NCBI GenBank assembly: GCA_963765205.1 | Contig: CAVXVB010000009.1 | Location: forward strand, 928,001 to 992,000 | Length of the DNA stretch: 64,000 nucleotides | Reading direction: 5' to 3' | DNA from: an uncultured Verrucomicrobiae bacterium | GTDB taxonomy: Bacteria; Verrucomicrobiota; Verrucomicrobiia; Opitutales; JABDGR01 | Shown: in pieces, positions 42,128-55,380 of the stretch | Position numbering within the stretch: position 1 is the first letter of the stretch | Layout: each line of letters begins with the position of its first letter | Program-made: the position numbers and the translations under genes | The notes under the pieces: model-generated | What the model saw: only the letters and a program-made list of their open reading frames with translations | Told to the model about the DNA's origin: nothing | The model's database searches: none

Positions 42128-45100
42128 GTCCGTCCCGGCCATTTATTCTGCGGCCCATTGCGACTTCGCTGCTGATGGTGGCGATATTGCTGGCGGGCGG
42201 CGTGGCGTATCTGCAGTTGCCGGTCTCGGCGCTGCCGGAGGTAGATTACCCGATTATCCAGGTGGTGACGTTTTATCCGGGGGCCAGCCCGCAGGTGATG
42301 GCGTCCTCGATTACCGCGCCGCTGGAGCGGCAATTCGGCGAAGTGCCGGGGCTGAACCAGATGACCTCGTCCAGCTCAAACGGCAGCTCAATCATCACGC
42401 TGCAATTCACGCTGGATTTGGACATTGATGTGGCCGAGCAGGAAGTGCAGGCGGCGATCAACGCCGCGTCCAGCTATCTGCCCAGTGATTTGCCCAACCC
42501 GCCGGTTTACAGCAAGGTCAACCCGGCGGACGCGCCGGTGCTGACGCTGGCGTTGACTTCGAACACGCTGCTGCTGTCCAAGGTAGAAGACCTGGCTGAC
42601 ACGCGGCTGGCGGGCAAAGTTTCGCAACTGTCGGGAGTCGGACTGGTTAGCATCAGTGGCGGGCAAAAGCCGGCGGTGCGCATTCAGGCCAACCCGACGA
42701 TGCTCTCGTCGCTGGGGCTGAGTCTGGAAAGTTTGCGCGCCTCCATTGCGGCGGCGAACGTGGACCAGGCCAAGGGCAATTTTGACGGCGCAAGCCAGGC
42801 CTACACCATTGGCGCCAACGACCAATTGGTGTCCAGCGACCAATACCGCCCGATCATTGTCGCGTATGTGAAAGGCGCGCCGGTGCGGCTCGCGGACGTG
42901 GCCAACGTGATTGATGGCACGGAAGACACCAACCAGGCCGCCTGGATGAACCTTGTGCCGGCCGTCATCGTTAACATCCAACGCCAGCCGGGCGCGAACA
43001 CCATCCAGGTCGTGGACCGCGTGAAAAAATTGCTGCCGCAGTTGCAGGCTTCGTTGCCCGCCTCGGTGAATCTTTCCATCCTGACCGACCAGACCATCAC
43101 GATCCGGGCCTCGGTGGCCGATGTGAAATTCGAGCTGTTCCTGACCATCGCCCTGGTGGTGATGGTGATCTTTTTGTTTTTGCGCAATATTTGGGCCACC
43201 GTCATCCCGAGCGTGGCGGTGCCGCTGTCGCTGTTCGGCACCGTCGGGGTGATGGACCTGCTCGGCTACAGCCTGAACAACCTGACCCTGATGGCCCTGA
43301 CGATTGCGACGGGCTTTGTGGTGGACGACGCCATTGTGATGATTGAAAACATCACCCGCTACGTCGAGGAGGGCGAGCCGCCGCTGCAAGCCGCCTTCAA
43401 GGGCGCGGAGCAAATCGGCTTCACCATCGTCTCGCTCAGCGTGACGCTGATCGCGGTGCTGATTCCGCTGCTGTTCATGGGCGACGTGGTGGGGCGGCTG
43501 TTCCGCGAGTTCGCCATCACGCTGGGCGTGACGATTTTAGTTTCGGCGTTCGTCTCCTTGACACTCACGCCCATGATGTGCGCGCGTTTACTGCACCACA
43601 AGCCGGCCGCCGAGCAAAGCCGGATCTTCCGCGCATCCGAGCGACTTTTCCAGTCGGTGATAGACGCTTATGGCCGCTCGCTCACCTGGGTTTTGCGGCA
43701 TCAAACCGCGACGCTGGTCGTGGCGGTGGCGACGCTGGCGCTGACAGCTTACCTCTACATTGTCATCCCCAAGGGCTTTTTCCCGGTGCAGGACACGGGC
43801 GAAATCCTCGGCATCTCAGAAGCGGCCCAAAGCACCTCCTTTGCCGCGATGGCCCAGGAGCAGCAGGCGCTGGCCAAAGTCATCCTCCAGGATCCGGCGG
43901 TGGACAATCTTTCCTCGTTCATCGGAATTGACGGCATTGACACCACGCTTAATAACGGCCGCATCCAGATCAACCTCAAGCCCATCGCGGAGCGCAAAAT
44001 CAGCGCCAGCGACGTGATCCGCCGGCTCCAGCCCATCCTGACGCAAGCCGTCCCCGGCATCACGCTCTACATGCAGCCCGTGCAGGATTTGACCGTGGAC
44101 GACCGTGTCAGCCGCACGCAATTTCAATACACGCTGGAAGACCCCAACACGGACGAATTGCATTCGTGGGTGGACCGCTTTGTGGCCAAACTCCAAGATT
44201 TGCCGGAGTTGCGCGACGTGGCCAGCGACCAGCAGAATCTTGGGCTGCAGGTGCAGTTGGTCATTGACCGCGACACGGCCTCGCGGCTGGGCATCACGCC
44301 GCAGGCCATTGACGCGACGCTCTATGATGCCTTCGGCCAGCGCGAAATTTCGACCATCTTCACGCAACTTAATCAATATCACGTTGTCCTGGAGGCCAGC
44401 CCGCAATTCCAGCGCAATCCAGAGAACCTGGACCAAATTTTCATCCAATCGGTCAGTGGCACGGCCGTGCCGTTGAGCGCCATCGCGCACATCGAGCGGT
44501 CGAACACGCCACTGACCGTCAATCATCAGGGACAGTTTCCGGTGGTGACCATTTCATTTAACCTCGCGCCCAACGTGTCCCTGGGTGACGCGGTGAAAGC
44601 GATTGACGGCGTGCAGCGCGACTTGGCGATGCCGGCCAGCATTGAGGCATCCTTCCAAGGCACGGCCCAGGCATTCGAGGCCTCTTTGGCGAACGAGCCG
44701 TTGTTGATTCTGGCGGCCATCATCACCGTCTATCTGGTGCTCGGCGTGCTCTACGAAAGTTACATCCACCCGGTGACCATCCTGTCCACGCTGCCTTCGG
44801 CGGCCGTCGGCGCGTTACTGGCCCTGCAACTAACGGGCAACGATTTCAGCGTCATCGCCTTGATTGGGATTGTGCTGCTGATTGGCATCGTGGCGAAAAA
44901 CGCAATTATGATGATTGACTTCGCTCTCGACGCCGAGCGCAAGGAGGGCAAACCGCCGCGCGAGGCCATTTACCAGGCGTGCCTGCTGCGCCTGCGGCCC
45001 ATTCTGATGACGACGATGGCGGCGCTGCTGGCGGGGGTGCCGTTGGCGCTCGGCTCGGGCATGGGCGCGGAACTGCGCCGGCCGCTGGGCATTTCCATCG

Positions 45101-45285
45101 TCGGCGGCTTGATCTTTAGCCAGATGCTCACGCTGTATACCACGCCGGTGATTTACCTCGCCTTTGATCGGTTAGGTCGGCGCATCGGCCTGATCAGTGA
45201 TACCAAACCGGAGCCAGTGACAGAAGCGCCACCCACGTCATCCGCGACCCCACCCGCGCCGCCCCCCGTTCCGCAAGCGTCATGA
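42124..45285 (+). CDS. mdtB: RND efflux transporter subunit
   Basis: [37 protein letters not shown]; first of a tandem RND pair. Confidence 0.9.
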   Translation: MSPSRPFILRPIATSLLMVAILLAGGVAYLQLPVSALPEVDYPIIQVVTFYPGASPQVMASSITAPLERQFGEVPGLNQMTSSSSNGSSIITLQFTLDLDIDVAEQEVQAAINAASSYLPSDLPNPPVYSKVNPADAPVLTLALTSNTLLLSKVEDLADTRLAGKVSQLSGVGLVSISGGQKPAVRIQANPTMLSSLGLSLESLRASIAAANVDQAKGNFDGASQAYTIGANDQLVSSDQYRPIIVAYVKGAPVRLADVANVIDGTEDTNQAAWMNLVPAVIVNIQRQPGANTIQVVDRVKKLLPQLQASLPASVNLSILTDQTITIRASVADVKFELFLTIALVVMVIFLFLRNIWATVIPSVAVPLSLFGTVGVMDLLGYSLNNLTLMALTIATGFVVDDAIVMIENITRYVEEGEPPLQAAFKGAEQIGFTIVSLSVTLIAVLIPLLFMGDVVGRLFREFAITLGVTILVSAFVSLTLTPMMCARLLHHKPAAEQSRIFRASERLFQSVIDAYGRSLTWVLRHQTATLVVAVATLALTAYLYIVIPKGFFPVQDTGEILGISEAAQSTSFAAMAQEQQALAKVILQDPAVDNLSSFIGIDGIDTTLNNGRIQINLKPIAERKISASDVIRRLQPILTQAVPGITLYMQPVQDLTVDDRVSRTQFQYTLEDPNTDELHSWVDRFVAKLQDLPELRDVASDQQNLGLQVQLVIDRDTASRLGITPQAIDATLYDAFGQREISTIFTQLNQYHVVLEASPQFQRNPENLDQIFIQSVSGTAVPLSAIAHIERSNTPLTVNHQGQFPVVTISFNLAPNVSLGDAVKAIDGVQRDLAMPASIEASFQGTAQAFEASLANEPLLILAAIITVYLVLGVLYESYIHPVTILSTLPSAAVGALLALQLTGNDFSVIALIGIVLLIGIVAKNAIMMIDFALDAERKEGKPPREAIYQACLLRLRPILMTTMAALLAGVPLALGSGMGAELRRPLGISIVGGLIFSQMLTLYTTPVIYLAFDRLGRRIGLISDTKPEPVTEAPPTSSATPPAPPPVPQAS

Positions 45286-48200
45286 ACATTTCGGAGCCAT
45301 TCATTCGCCGTCCGATTGGCACGACGTTGCTGACCTTCGCGGTCGCGCTGGCGGGAGGATTGGCGTATTTTTTCCTGCCGGTGTCGCCGCTGCCGCAAGT
45401 GAATTTTCCGACCATCAGCGTGTCCGCCTCGCTGCCCGGGGCCAGCCCGGAAACCATGGCTTCGGCCGTGGCCACGCCGCTCGAGCGCCAGTTCACGCGC
45501 ATCGCCGGCGTGTCGGAAATGACTTCGACCAGTTACCTCGGGTCTACCTCCATCACGTTACAATTCGACCTTGATCGCGACATTGACGCGGCGGCGCGCG
45601 ATGTGCAGGCGGCCATCAATGCCGCCGCGGGCAACCTGCCAGCCAATCTGCCGATCAAACCCACCTGGCGCAAAGTCAACCCCGCCGACGCGCCCATTTT
45701 AATTCTGGCCCTGACTTCGGACAATTACAGCCCGATGCAAATGTATGACGCCGCGGACTCCATTTTGCAGCAAAAGATCTCGCAAGTCGAAGGCGTGGGG
45801 CAGGTCGGTTTGGGCGGCGGCGCGTTGCCGGCGGTGCGGGTGGATGTGAATCCAACGATTCTGAACAGCGAGGGCCTGGGGCTGGAAAATGTGCGCGCGG
45901 CCCTGGCCAGCGCCAATGCCAACACGCCCAAAGGCTCGCTCGCCAACGACCGGCAAACGGTGGCCCTGAGCACGACCGACCAATTACTTAAGGCCGCGCA
46001 ATACCGCCCATTGATTGTGGCCTACAAAAACGGCGCGCCCGTCCGCCTCTCCGATATTGCGACCGTGACGGACTCCGTCCAAGACGTACGTACGATGGGA
46101 CTGGCCAACGGCAAGCCCGCGGTGCTGGTGTTCATCTTTCGCGAGCCGAATGCCAACATCATTGCCACGGTGGACCGGGTGCGCGCGCTCATTCCCGAAC
46201 TGCAGGCCACCATCCCCGCCGACATCAAAATTTCCGTCGGCATGGACCGCACGCCCACCATTCGCGCCTCGGTGCATGACGTGCAACTAACCATGCTTTG
46301 TTCACTGACCCTGGTGGCCCTGGTGGTGTTTGTGTTTCTGCGCGACTTGCGCACAACCTTCATTCCCTGCATGGTCGTGCCGGTCTCACTGATTGGCACC
46401 TTTGGGTTCATGTATCTGGCCGGCTACACGGTGGACAACCTTTCGCTCATGGCGATGACGATTGCAACGGGGTTCGTGGTGGACGACGCGATTGTCGTGA
46501 TAGAGAATATCATCCGCCATATCGAAGAGGGCGTGGCGCCGCGCGCCGCGGCGTTGCAAGGGGCGCGGGAAATCGGCTTCACCATCCTATCCATCAGCAT
46601 ATCGCTCATCGCCGTCTTCATCCCGATTCTGCTAATGGGCGGCATCGTCGGCCGGCTCTTCCGGGAATTCGCGGTGACGCTGTCCGTGGCCATCGGCATT
46701 TCGATGATTGTGTCCCTCGCGGCGACGCCGATGATGTGCGCCATCCTGCTCAAGCCGCAGAGCGAGCAGCGGCACGGCCGCCTTTACCATGCCAGCGAAC
46801 GGTGTTTCGAGGCGATCCTGGGCGGCTATGCGCGGAGCCTCCGCTGGGTGCTGCGCCACCAATTCCTGATGATCCTGGTGACGCTCGCCACGATCGGCAT
46901 AACCATCTTCCTCTACGTCATCATCCCCAAGGGCTTTTTCCCCCAGCAGGATACCGGGCGGCTCCAAGGCAGCATCGTGGGCGACCAGAACATCTCTTTC
47001 CAGGCCATGCGTCAATTGGTCAGCCAGATTGCCAAAGAAGTCGGGCAAGACCCGGCCGTGGATGCCCTGCTGGCCTCCGTCGGCGGGCAGTCCGCCATCA
47101 ATTCCGGCCGCATGTTTGTGACGCTCAAAGCGCCGGCCATTCGCAAGCTGACGGCGGACCAGGTGGTCGCCCGGCTGCGCGGCAAGCTGGCGCACATTCC
47201 CGGGGCCACGTTGTATTTGCAAACGGTGCAGGAGTTAAAAGTAGGCGGGCGCGCGAGCAACGCCCAATATCAATACACTTTGCAGGACGACGATCTCACG
47301 GAACTCAACACCTGGGCCATCACAATGCTCGACAAAATCAAGCATCTGCCTGGCCTAGTGGACGTGAGCAGCGACCAGCAAGACCGCGGGCTGGCCGCGC
47401 CTTTCACGGTGGATCGCGACACGGCTGCGCGCCTCGGCATCACGGCGCAAGCGGTGGACATCTCCCTCTACGATGCCTTTGGCCAGCGCGAGGTTTCCAC
47501 CATGTATACACCATTGAACCAATATTTCGTCGTGATGGAGGTGGATCCGAAATTCTGGCAAAGCCCAGACGCCCGGAAATACGTTTACGTCACCGGGGCC
47601 AATGGCGCGCAGGTGCCGCTCAACGCCATTGCCACCTATGCCCCGAACACGACCTCACTCGCGGTCAACCACTCCGGGCAGTTTCCCTCGGTCACCCTAT
47701 CCTTCAACCTGGCGCCGGGTTTTTCGCTGGGCACCGCGGTGACCGAGATTGCGCAGGCTCAGCGCGAAATGGGTGTGCCGCCAACGCTGCGCGGCAAGTT
47801 TTTCGGCACGGCGCAGGCCTACCAAAGTTCGCTTGCGAGCGAGCCGCTCCTCATCGTGGCGGCGTTGGTAAGCGTGTATATTGTTTTGGGCATATTGTAT
47901 GAGAGTTTAATTCACCCGGTGACCATTCTTTCGACGCTGCCTTCGGCTGGCGTGGGCGCGCTGCTGGCGCTGCTTGTCTTCCAGACTGAACTGAGTATCA
48001 TCGCCTTGATCGGCATCATTCTGCTGATCGGCATCGTCAAGAAGAACGCCATCATGATGATAGACTTCGCGCTCGAAGGAGAGCGCCAGGGCAAGACCGC
48101 CGAGGCCGCCATTTTTCAGGCCTGCCTGCGGCGTTTCCGCCCCATTATGATGACGACGATGGCTGCGATGCTCGGCGGCTTGCCGCTGGCGCTGGGCGGA

Positions 48201-48410
48201 GGCACCGGGTCGGAACTGCGCCGGCCGCTGGGCATCGCCATCGTCGGCGGCCTGCTATTCAGCCAGATGCTGACTTTGTACACCACGCCCGTGATGTATA
48301 TCTATCTCGACCGTTTCCAGGATTGGTGCCGCAGTCTGCGCCCCGCCCGCCAGCCGGCGCGGGCTCCATCGCCGCTGGCCACGCCTTCGGCGCCCGTCTC
48401 CCATTCTTGA
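45282..48410 (+). CDS. mdtC: RND efflux transporter subunit
   Basis: [45 protein letters not shown]. Confidence 0.9.
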   Translation: MNISEPFIRRPIGTTLLTFAVALAGGLAYFFLPVSPLPQVNFPTISVSASLPGASPETMASAVATPLERQFTRIAGVSEMTSTSYLGSTSITLQFDLDRDIDAAARDVQAAINAAAGNLPANLPIKPTWRKVNPADAPILILALTSDNYSPMQMYDAADSILQQKISQVEGVGQVGLGGGALPAVRVDVNPTILNSEGLGLENVRAALASANANTPKGSLANDRQTVALSTTDQLLKAAQYRPLIVAYKNGAPVRLSDIATVTDSVQDVRTMGLANGKPAVLVFIFREPNANIIATVDRVRALIPELQATIPADIKISVGMDRTPTIRASVHDVQLTMLCSLTLVALVVFVFLRDLRTTFIPCMVVPVSLIGTFGFMYLAGYTVDNLSLMAMTIATGFVVDDAIVVIENIIRHIEEGVAPRAAALQGAREIGFTILSISISLIAVFIPILLMGGIVGRLFREFAVTLSVAIGISMIVSLAATPMMCAILLKPQSEQRHGRLYHASERCFEAILGGYARSLRWVLRHQFLMILVTLATIGITIFLYVIIPKGFFPQQDTGRLQGSIVGDQNISFQAMRQLVSQIAKEVGQDPAVDALLASVGGQSAINSGRMFVTLKAPAIRKLTADQVVARLRGKLAHIPGATLYLQTVQELKVGGRASNAQYQYTLQDDDLTELNTWAITMLDKIKHLPGLVDVSSDQQDRGLAAPFTVDRDTAARLGITAQAVDISLYDAFGQREVSTMYTPLNQYFVVMEVDPKFWQSPDARKYVYVTGANGAQVPLNAIATYAPNTTSLAVNHSGQFPSVTLSFNLAPGFSLGTAVTEIAQAQREMGVPPTLRGKFFGTAQAYQSSLASEPLLIVAALVSVYIVLGILYESLIHPVTILSTLPSAGVGALLALLVFQTELSIIALIGIILLIGIVKKNAIMMIDFALEGERQGKTAEAAIFQACLRRFRPIMMTTMAAMLGGLPLALGGGTGSELRRPLGIAIVGGLLFSQMLTLYTTPVMYIYLDRFQDWCRSLRPARQPARAPSPLATPSAPVSHS

Positions 48411-48417
48411 ATCTGCC

Positions 48418-49866
48418 ATGCACGACCCGACCCATCGGCCTTTCGCCTGTTATCGCCCCCTGACGGCGTTCTTCGCCGCAGCCGTGGCCGGCTGCACGGC
48501 GGTCGGGCCTAATTATGAACGGCCCCCCGTGCCCATTCCGGCCGCTTACAAAAGCGCGGCTCCCACCGAGACGACCACGCCACAGTTGGGTCACGATTGG
48601 TGGAAGCTCTTTAACGACCCACAGTTGGACCAACTTGAGACGCAGGCCGTCAAGGAAAACCAAACCATCCAGGCCGCCATGGCCAGCGTCGAGCAGGCCC
48701 GAGCCGCGGCCAAAGGCGTCAAGAGCGCGTTTTTTCCCGTTATTTCCTTCGACCCTTCCGTAACGCGATCTCATACCTCGGCCAACAACAACGCCAGCGG
48801 CTTTTCGAACTCCGGCACCACGTCCACCAATTATTTACTACCCTTCGATTTGACTTATGAAGTGGACATCTGGGGGCAAGTACGCCGGTCGGTCGAGGCC
48901 GCGAATGCGCAGGTGCAGGCTTCGCAGGCCGATTACGAAGTCGTACTGCAAACCCTCGAAGCGGATCTAGCCCAGGATTATTTCACCCTGCACTCCTACG
49001 ATGCCCAATACCAAACGCTGGTGGACACCGTCGCCACCTACCAAAAGCAACTGGACTTGACCAACCTCCAGTTCAAAGCCGGGTTGGAAAGCGAGGCGGA
49101 CGTGGCCTCGGCGGAAGCATTGCTGGACGCGACCAAGACCCAGCAACTGGAAACCGCCCGCGAGCGCGACGAGGAGGAATACGCCATCGCCATCCTGGCC
49201 AACCGCGCGCCCACGGATTTCTCGCTCCCGCCCAGCCCGTTGCACGTCGAGCCTCCCGTCATCCCCGCCGGCTTGCCGGCGGACTTGCTGCGCCGGCGTC
49301 CCGATGTGGCCGCGGCTGAAGCCAATCTGGCGGCCGCCAGCGCGCAAATCGGCGTGGCCATGTCCGCATATTATCCGCAATTATCACTCACCGGCGACGC
49401 GGGTTTTGAAAGCATAAAGAGTTCGAACCTGCTGGATTGGAGCAGCCGTATTTGGTCGCTGGGGCCGAGCGTGAGCCTGCCGCTTTTCAACGGCGGCAAA
49501 CTGGCGGCCAACCTTGAGCAACAACAGGCCTCGTATAACCAATTCCTGGCCCAGTATCGCGCCCAGGTGCTGTCGGCCTACCAAGATGTGGAGAATTCCC
49601 TGACCGACCTCCACTCCCGCGCCGACGAAGCCCAGGCCCAGGCCGCAGCCGTGCAAGCCTCGCAGGATTACGTCCGCCTGACCCAATTGCAGTTCCAGCA
49701 GGGACTGGTGGACTACTTGACGGTCATTGACGCGTTCCGGACGCTGCTGACCAACCAACTCACCGCCGAACAGATTCTGAACGAACGGCTCGTCTCGACA
49801 GTATTGCTGATCAAAGCCCTCGGCGGCGGGTGGGACGGGACGGCGCCGGGGCCGCCCAAGGATTAA
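48418..49866 (+). CDS. Outer-membrane efflux lipoprotein (NodT/OprM type)
   Basis: Lipobox AVAGC; GPNYERP, DWWKLFND, LLRRRPDV, LIKALGGGW. Confidence 0.92.
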   Translation: MHDPTHRPFACYRPLTAFFAAAVAGCTAVGPNYERPPVPIPAAYKSAAPTETTTPQLGHDWWKLFNDPQLDQLETQAVKENQTIQAAMASVEQARAAAKGVKSAFFPVISFDPSVTRSHTSANNNASGFSNSGTTSTNYLLPFDLTYEVDIWGQVRRSVEAANAQVQASQADYEVVLQTLEADLAQDYFTLHSYDAQYQTLVDTVATYQKQLDLTNLQFKAGLESEADVASAEALLDATKTQQLETARERDEEEYAIAILANRAPTDFSLPPSPLHVEPPVIPAGLPADLLRRRPDVAAAEANLAAASAQIGVAMSAYYPQLSLTGDAGFESIKSSNLLDWSSRIWSLGPSVSLPLFNGGKLAANLEQQQASYNQFLAQYRAQVLSAYQDVENSLTDLHSRADEAQAQAAAVQASQDYVRLTQLQFQQGLVDYLTVIDAFRTLLTNQLTAEQILNERLVSTVLLIKALGGGWDGTAPGPPKD

Positions 49867-50002
49867 GGAGGCTGGAGGCGATTCAATATCGCAGTCTCGA
49901 CCGGGCGCTTTTTTATAGATGCCAGTAAATCCACGCCCAAGAAATTGATCCCACGCAATCTAAAACAGGCAACTGGCCGCAGTCCTAGATAGGGCCGCCG
50001 TT

Positions 50003-50359
50003 TTATTCACGCCAGGTTTTGACAACCACGCCGTTCTGGAACTCGACCGCAGCGGTTTGGGTCGTGTGGGTTCGGTCCACGGCCACGTAGAAGATCATGA
50101 AAGTTTTGGCGGCAGTTTTGGTTTCGCTGTAATCCCACCGCCAAACCTCCCGGCCGTTGTCCTCGGTGATTTTTGTGGCTGGATACCCCAGCAGGTCGAC
50201 CACAAAATCCTTGGGTTTACCGGGTTGGACTTGGGCGAACAAATCATCCGGGATGGTTTTTCCAGCGATATTGGTATTTGAACTGTTGGTGGCAAAACAG
50301 CCGGTCAAGCCGAGACCAAGCAGGCTGGCGGCGAAGAACGGAATAATTTCGGAAGCCAT
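50003..50359 (-). CDS. SmpA/BamE-like small lipoprotein
   Basis: Lipobox LTGC; V.PG..K..V..LLG.P.......E.W.W.Y pattern. Confidence 0.65.
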   Translation of the reverse strand: MASEIIPFFAASLLGLGLTGCFATNSSNTNIAGKTIPDDLFAQVQPGKPKDFVVDLLGYPATKITEDNGREVWRWDYSETKTAAKTFMIFYVAVDRTHTTQTAAVEFQNGVVVKTWRE

Positions 50360-50626
50360 AGTGGAATTTCATATGATTTATGGATACAGGCTGGAGGTTG
50401 CGGAGGTGCGAGCAGGTTGAATGCTGCGGAGTGCAGTGACTAATTTGACGGATTATAAGAAAAAGGCGGCACCAAGGAAATGGGGTGAACACCCACCATC
50501 TTTTCGTTGGTCGGAGATTGACTGACTGGAGCAAAACGTTAGGACTAAGCGAAGACAATGGTGGCCTTTATTGCCGTGGTCATTCCGCAACCCAAGACTT
50601 CAAGAAGTTTCAATTCCTCAAATCCC

Positions 50627-51536
50627 ATGTGTGCTGCACAAACCGGGCCGGAATGCCTGCTGGCCTGCGGCGCCGTGGTCATCACCGGCGCATCTTCTGG
50701 AATTGGCGAGGAGTTCGTCAAGGTAATCACGACCCTGAACTCCAAAGCGAAGTTTTTCAATCTCTCCCGCACGTCGCCCGATGATTCGTTGACGGGCCGG
50801 ACAACTTCGCCATTGCCCGACGGATCTGTCCAGCGCGGCCGGCCAGGAGACCGCCATCACGGCGGTGGAAGCATGGCTGGATGAAGCGGGCCAGGAGGGA
50901 AGCATCCTGCTCATCAACAATAGTGGCTTTGGTTCCTTTGGTTTTTTTCCCGAGCCTTCGCTGGAACGCAGCCTGCAAATGATTGATTTAAACATCCGCG
51001 CGCCCGTGGTGCTCACGAGCCGGCTGCTCCCACGCATGAAAGAGCGCGGCGGAGCGGTCATTAACATTTCCGCGACCGCTGCCTTTCAACCCACTCCATT
51101 TTTTGCCCTTTATGGCGGCACCAAGGCGTTTCTCATGAATTGGAGCCTGGGTTTGTGGCGGGAATTGCGCGACACCAAAGTGCATGTGCTGTGCGTGTGC
51201 CCGGGGCCAACCAACACTAATTTTTTCCGCGCGGCGGGTTTTTCGAAGCCGCCCGTGTCGGAAAAGATGTGCCAGACGCCGAGGCAAGTCGTACAGGAAT
51301 CCTTGCGGGCGCTCGCGGCACGTCAACCTCTGGTGGTATGCGGTTGGTCCAATAAACTGGCGGTGATGATCAGCAGTCGCATCCCGCGGGTCTGGGTCAC
51401 CCTGTTGACCTACATGACTTTGAAAAAGCTGCAGACTGGCCCGATGATCGAAAAAATTAAATTGCCGCAGCGTGCTTTTAATAAAACCTGGAGGGCCCTG
51501 CCCGCAGGAAAAGAAAATGTCGCGACCCGTGATTAA
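50627..51536 (+). CDS. SDR oxidoreductase (possible ketoreductase); apparent extra base near 50793-50796
   Basis: ITGASSGIG in one frame; LINNSGFG, YGGTK, VCPGPT in the next. Removing one G from acgggcc gives SLTAGQLRHCPTDLS. Confidence 0.85.
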
Positions 51537-52673
51537 CGGTCCGGCTGTTGCAGCCCCCGCCAGGTGCGCCCCCGCCAGCGAACGCCGACGGGCAACCAAC
51601 TGACCAACCACATTACGGAGTGTAAAACGGGCCAGGTTGCGAACATGATGAGGGCCGGGAGGGACAGTAACTGACGGCCGCTGGCTTGCCGGTCGAGCAC
51701 CACCACCACCCATATTTCCGCGCCGTATTGCAGCAACAAACCGACCCACGCCATAACGTGCTGGGGAAATATCAGCACCGCCACGAACCAGCCCAACAGG
51801 GGATTGATGAGTAATTGGCAGGCATAACCAAGCGGCTGGCACCAACGGATTGTTTTGTGCCAACGCTGGTAATGACGCAAGGCGCCCCACCAAGTGCTTT
51901 CCTCGGCCAGAGTTTCCAGTGCGGGGAGCGCCACGCGGCACCGCCCCAGGGTATGGCCGACCGCGAAATCATCCGCCAAATGACGGCCCAATGCCGCCCA
52001 ATCGCACTGGCGCAAAAAAATATCGCGGCGAAATAACATGGCGGCTCCAAACGCGAAATTCACCTCGCGACCGAGCACCACTTGCAGAGCCGCGCCGGGA
52101 AGCATCTCGGCATTGACAAAGGCGGCATCCCACCAGCCGAGGGGATTGGCCGGAGTCTGCACGTAATAGGGAAAGGTCACCAAATTCGCGTGCGAGAAGT
52201 GGAAGGCGGCGCGGCGCGCTTGCTCCAGCCAGCCAGCGGGCGCGACAATGTCGGCATCGCTCCACAGCCACCACGGGCCGCGCGCGTGCGGGGCCAGCCA
52301 TTCGAGCCAGGAAATTTTGGCGTTGGCGTGGACGTCCCCGCCGGCGCGAAAAAAAACCCGCACCCGCCCGGTCGGGCCGGCCATTTGCAATTGCGTGATC
52401 CACGGTTGGGCGGCGGCGCGATCCTCCTCGTGCAGACCCAGCAGAAGCTCGGTGGCACTGTCCAGTTGCCACACGAATGAATGCAAGGCGGCGCGCAACC
52501 CCGCGCTGGCGCCGGCGGGCCCCAAACGCGGCACCGGCTTAAAGATGGTGATCATTTCCCCAAGGCGCGGGACCCGCCCATCCGGCCGTCCGGCGGCATT
52601 TTCCCACCAGACCATGCGCCGCCAGCCACCAGCACAGCGCCGCCATTGACCAAGCCAGCAAAGTGTATATCAT
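51533..52673 (-). CDS. GT2/GT21 glycosyltransferase, HpnI/ceramide glucosyltransferase-like; apparent extra base near 52558-52561
   Basis: ITIFKPV, NAKIS, WSDADI, FAFGA, LADDF, YQRWHKTIR. An N-terminal TM (MIYTLLAWSMAALCWWLAA) starts at 52673 in another frame. Confidence 0.82.
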
Positions 52674-52685
52674 TCAGCGCAAGCT

Positions 52686-54154
52686 ATGCACGTCCCGGAG
52701 CCAAAGCCCAGCCCAAAGGAAAGATTCTTATTCATCGCCGATGATTTTGGGCTGGATGAAACAACCAACCGCGCCATTTTGCACGCCCATCTTAAGGGTG
52801 CGCTGCACGGCGCAGCGTTGATGATGGGCCAGCCTGGCACGGCGGAGGCCGTGGCGATGGCGCGCGACCACCCCACCCTGCGCATCGGACTGCACTGGCA
52901 CTTTAATGATTCGCGGCCACTCACGCGGACGACTTGGCCCTGGGGCAGGTCACCGTCAGCGGCGGGCTGGGCGATTGGCTTGCGCCAGGCCCATCGCTCG
53001 CTCGCTTTGGCGGAAGCCCAGGCGCAATTGGAGGTTTTTCTCGCCACCGGCTTGCCCGCATCCTTTATCAATTCACATCACCATTTGCAAATCCACCCGC
53101 GACTGTGGCGCCCGTTGTGGCGGCTGGCGGAACGCCTGCCGGGAGCGTGGCTGCGCCTAGGCTGGCCGTATTTTTTTGACCGGGGCCCCTACGCTACCAG
53201 CACCGCTGTGGGCGCTTGGTTATTGGGAACGCGACCGCGTCACGAATGGGGTGGCGCAGCCAGTGCCGGGCTGTGGGGACTGGATCGGAATTTTTCCATG
53301 CGTCCCGACGAAGTGCGGCGCGCGGTGGCGTTAAATGTGCCGGACTGCCAGGAATTCCTCTTTCACCCGCGCACCTGCGACGATCAGGATACTCGCTGCT
53401 TGATTAATCTCGGGCGTACCGCTCAGCTCATTAACACCCTCGCGCCACTACGCCCATTTTGCCTGCGTAACGATGTTTTCGCTTTTCCCAACGAAACCAT
53501 CTGGCACCATGAAAACGGCGGGCACGATGGGAGCGAGCAGGGAAAGGGACGATCGGCGGCGAAAAGTATATGCGGCGCTGCTTTGTGCTCACGCGCTCCG
53601 CGGCGCAATTCTGGCGATTCGCGCGGTTTGCGCCGGACCAACCGCGCCCCTCGACGGCCGAATTGGCCAAGTGTATTCGCACCGTGGTCGCCCGCCCCAT
53701 CTGCAACGCCAAGCGCCATCCGGAGCGCGTAACCGTGGGTGGGTTTGCCAACTTGCGGGAAGCCAGCGCGGCGGAACCCGACGCTTTCCGCGCCAACCTG
53801 GGGGGTTGGTGGCAGTCGTATTTCCGCTTCGGCAACTGGCGCATTATTCTGCCGAATAGTCCGCGCGATCAACGCACGGCTTTGGCCCAATTGCGGCAAT
53901 TGCTGGCCCAGGAGGGGCCCACCGTGCTTTGGCTGATCAACTTCCCGTGGTTGAGCATGAACCACGCCGTCCTCGCGACGCGCGAAACCGCCGGGGCGCC
54001 CGGGCACATTGAAGTTTATGATCCAAATCTACCCGACAAGGCGCAGACGCTCGTCTTCGATGAAGCTTTAAGCCAGTTTAATTATCCACCCACTTTTTAT
54101 TTTCGCGGCGGCGCAGTCGGGGTGCGCCTTGCCTATCACAAACCATGGCATTAA
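52686..54154 (+). CDS. ChbG/HpnK (YdjC) deacetylase apparently fused to an unknown domain; apparent missing base near 53562-53565
   Basis: ADDFG, GLHWH, INSHHH, EFLFHP, then no stop into RPF...DVFAFPNETIW. Adding one A links to KYMRRCFVL...NHAVL...VYDPN. Confidence 0.7.
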
Positions 54155-55378
54155 CACACCTATCTCGGCGTGGCCGTCGTCCGGTGTATGTCACCGGCCT
54201 TGGCCTGATCAGCGCCGCCGGCGCGGATGTCGGAGCTGCGTGGACACAAATCGCGAGGGGCCGGCCCGTGGTAAAGCCGGTCCAGCGATTTGATATCCGT
54301 GGTTGTGAATGTCGCGTGGCGGCGCAGGTGGACGACAAGGACTCCTGCAGGCACCTCCGCGGGTGCGCTGGCCGCGTTTTGTGCGGCTGGGACACACCGC
54401 GTTTGACGCGGCCCTGATCCAGGCGGGATTGCGCGGCGCGGACAATCGCTGTCTTGACCGGGCGTTGCCCTTGTGGTGCAGCACCACCGGTGGCGGCACC
54501 GAATACGGCGAAACGTGTGTCGTCAACGCCCGCGCCGGCCAGCGGGGCGGCATCATCGCGGCATCCATGCGCTATCAAGCCCGGTATCTGCCGCATGCGC
54601 TCCAGGAAACTTACGGCCTGCGCGGCGCGGCGGTCACGTTGAGCAATGCTTGCGCCAGCGGGGCGGATTTGATCGGCACCGCCGCCAACCTCATTGCTGC
54701 GGGACGCGTGGAACGCATCGCAGCCGGTGGGGCGGAATCACTCAGCACGCTGCTCTTTCACGGATTTTCCTGCCTGCGCGCGCTCAGCCCAACGACGTGC
54801 CGACCATTTTCACTTTCGCGCGACGGATTGTGGCTTGGGGAAGGCGCGGCCTTTGTGATTCTGGAAAGCGAAGCCGAAGTCATCCGGCGCAAAGTCACTC
54901 CCCTTGCCCAGCTGGCCGGTTACGGACAGGCCACCGATTTGCACCATATTGCGCATCCCCATCCACAGGGGAGTGCGCTGAAGCAGGCGCTGAAGCAGGC
55001 GCTCGCCGAAGCAGGCGTGGCACCGGAAGAAGTCGCCTATATCAATACCCACGGCACCGCGACCCCGGCCAATGACGAATCCGAGGGCCATGCCTATGAG
55101 AGCGTGTTCGGCGGTCATTTGCCGCGCGTGGCCATCAGCTCGATCAAAAACATCACGGGTCATACGCTGGGTGCAGCGGGAACGATTGAGGCCGCGCTGA
55201 CGATTGAGGCCCTGCGCCGCACCGCGCCGCTGCCAGCCGCGCTGCTGACTGATCCCATACCCAACCTGGCGGCAAGCCTGGCCCGTCCCGCGAAATTCGC
55301 GCCCAGGGCCGGGCCTTTGTCTCCACCAACTCCGGCTTTGGCGGCGCGAATGCCGCGCTGGTTTTTCTACCCGCCTGA
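54145..55378 (+). CDS. Beta-ketoacyl-ACP synthase (FabF-like, Cys-His-His); two apparent missing bases (~54339, ~55288)
   Basis: VYVTGLGLIS in frame A; SNACASG, LGEGAA, INTHGTAT, GHTLGAAG in frame B; STNSGFGGANAALVF and stop at 55376-55378 in frame C. Confidence 0.88.
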
Positions 55379-55380
55379 TT

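Noticed and set aside
53566..53732. C-terminus of track ORF 52686..53732 as real protein
   Set aside because: Out-of-frame read-through past the apparent indel; the coding signal continues in ORF 53570..54154.
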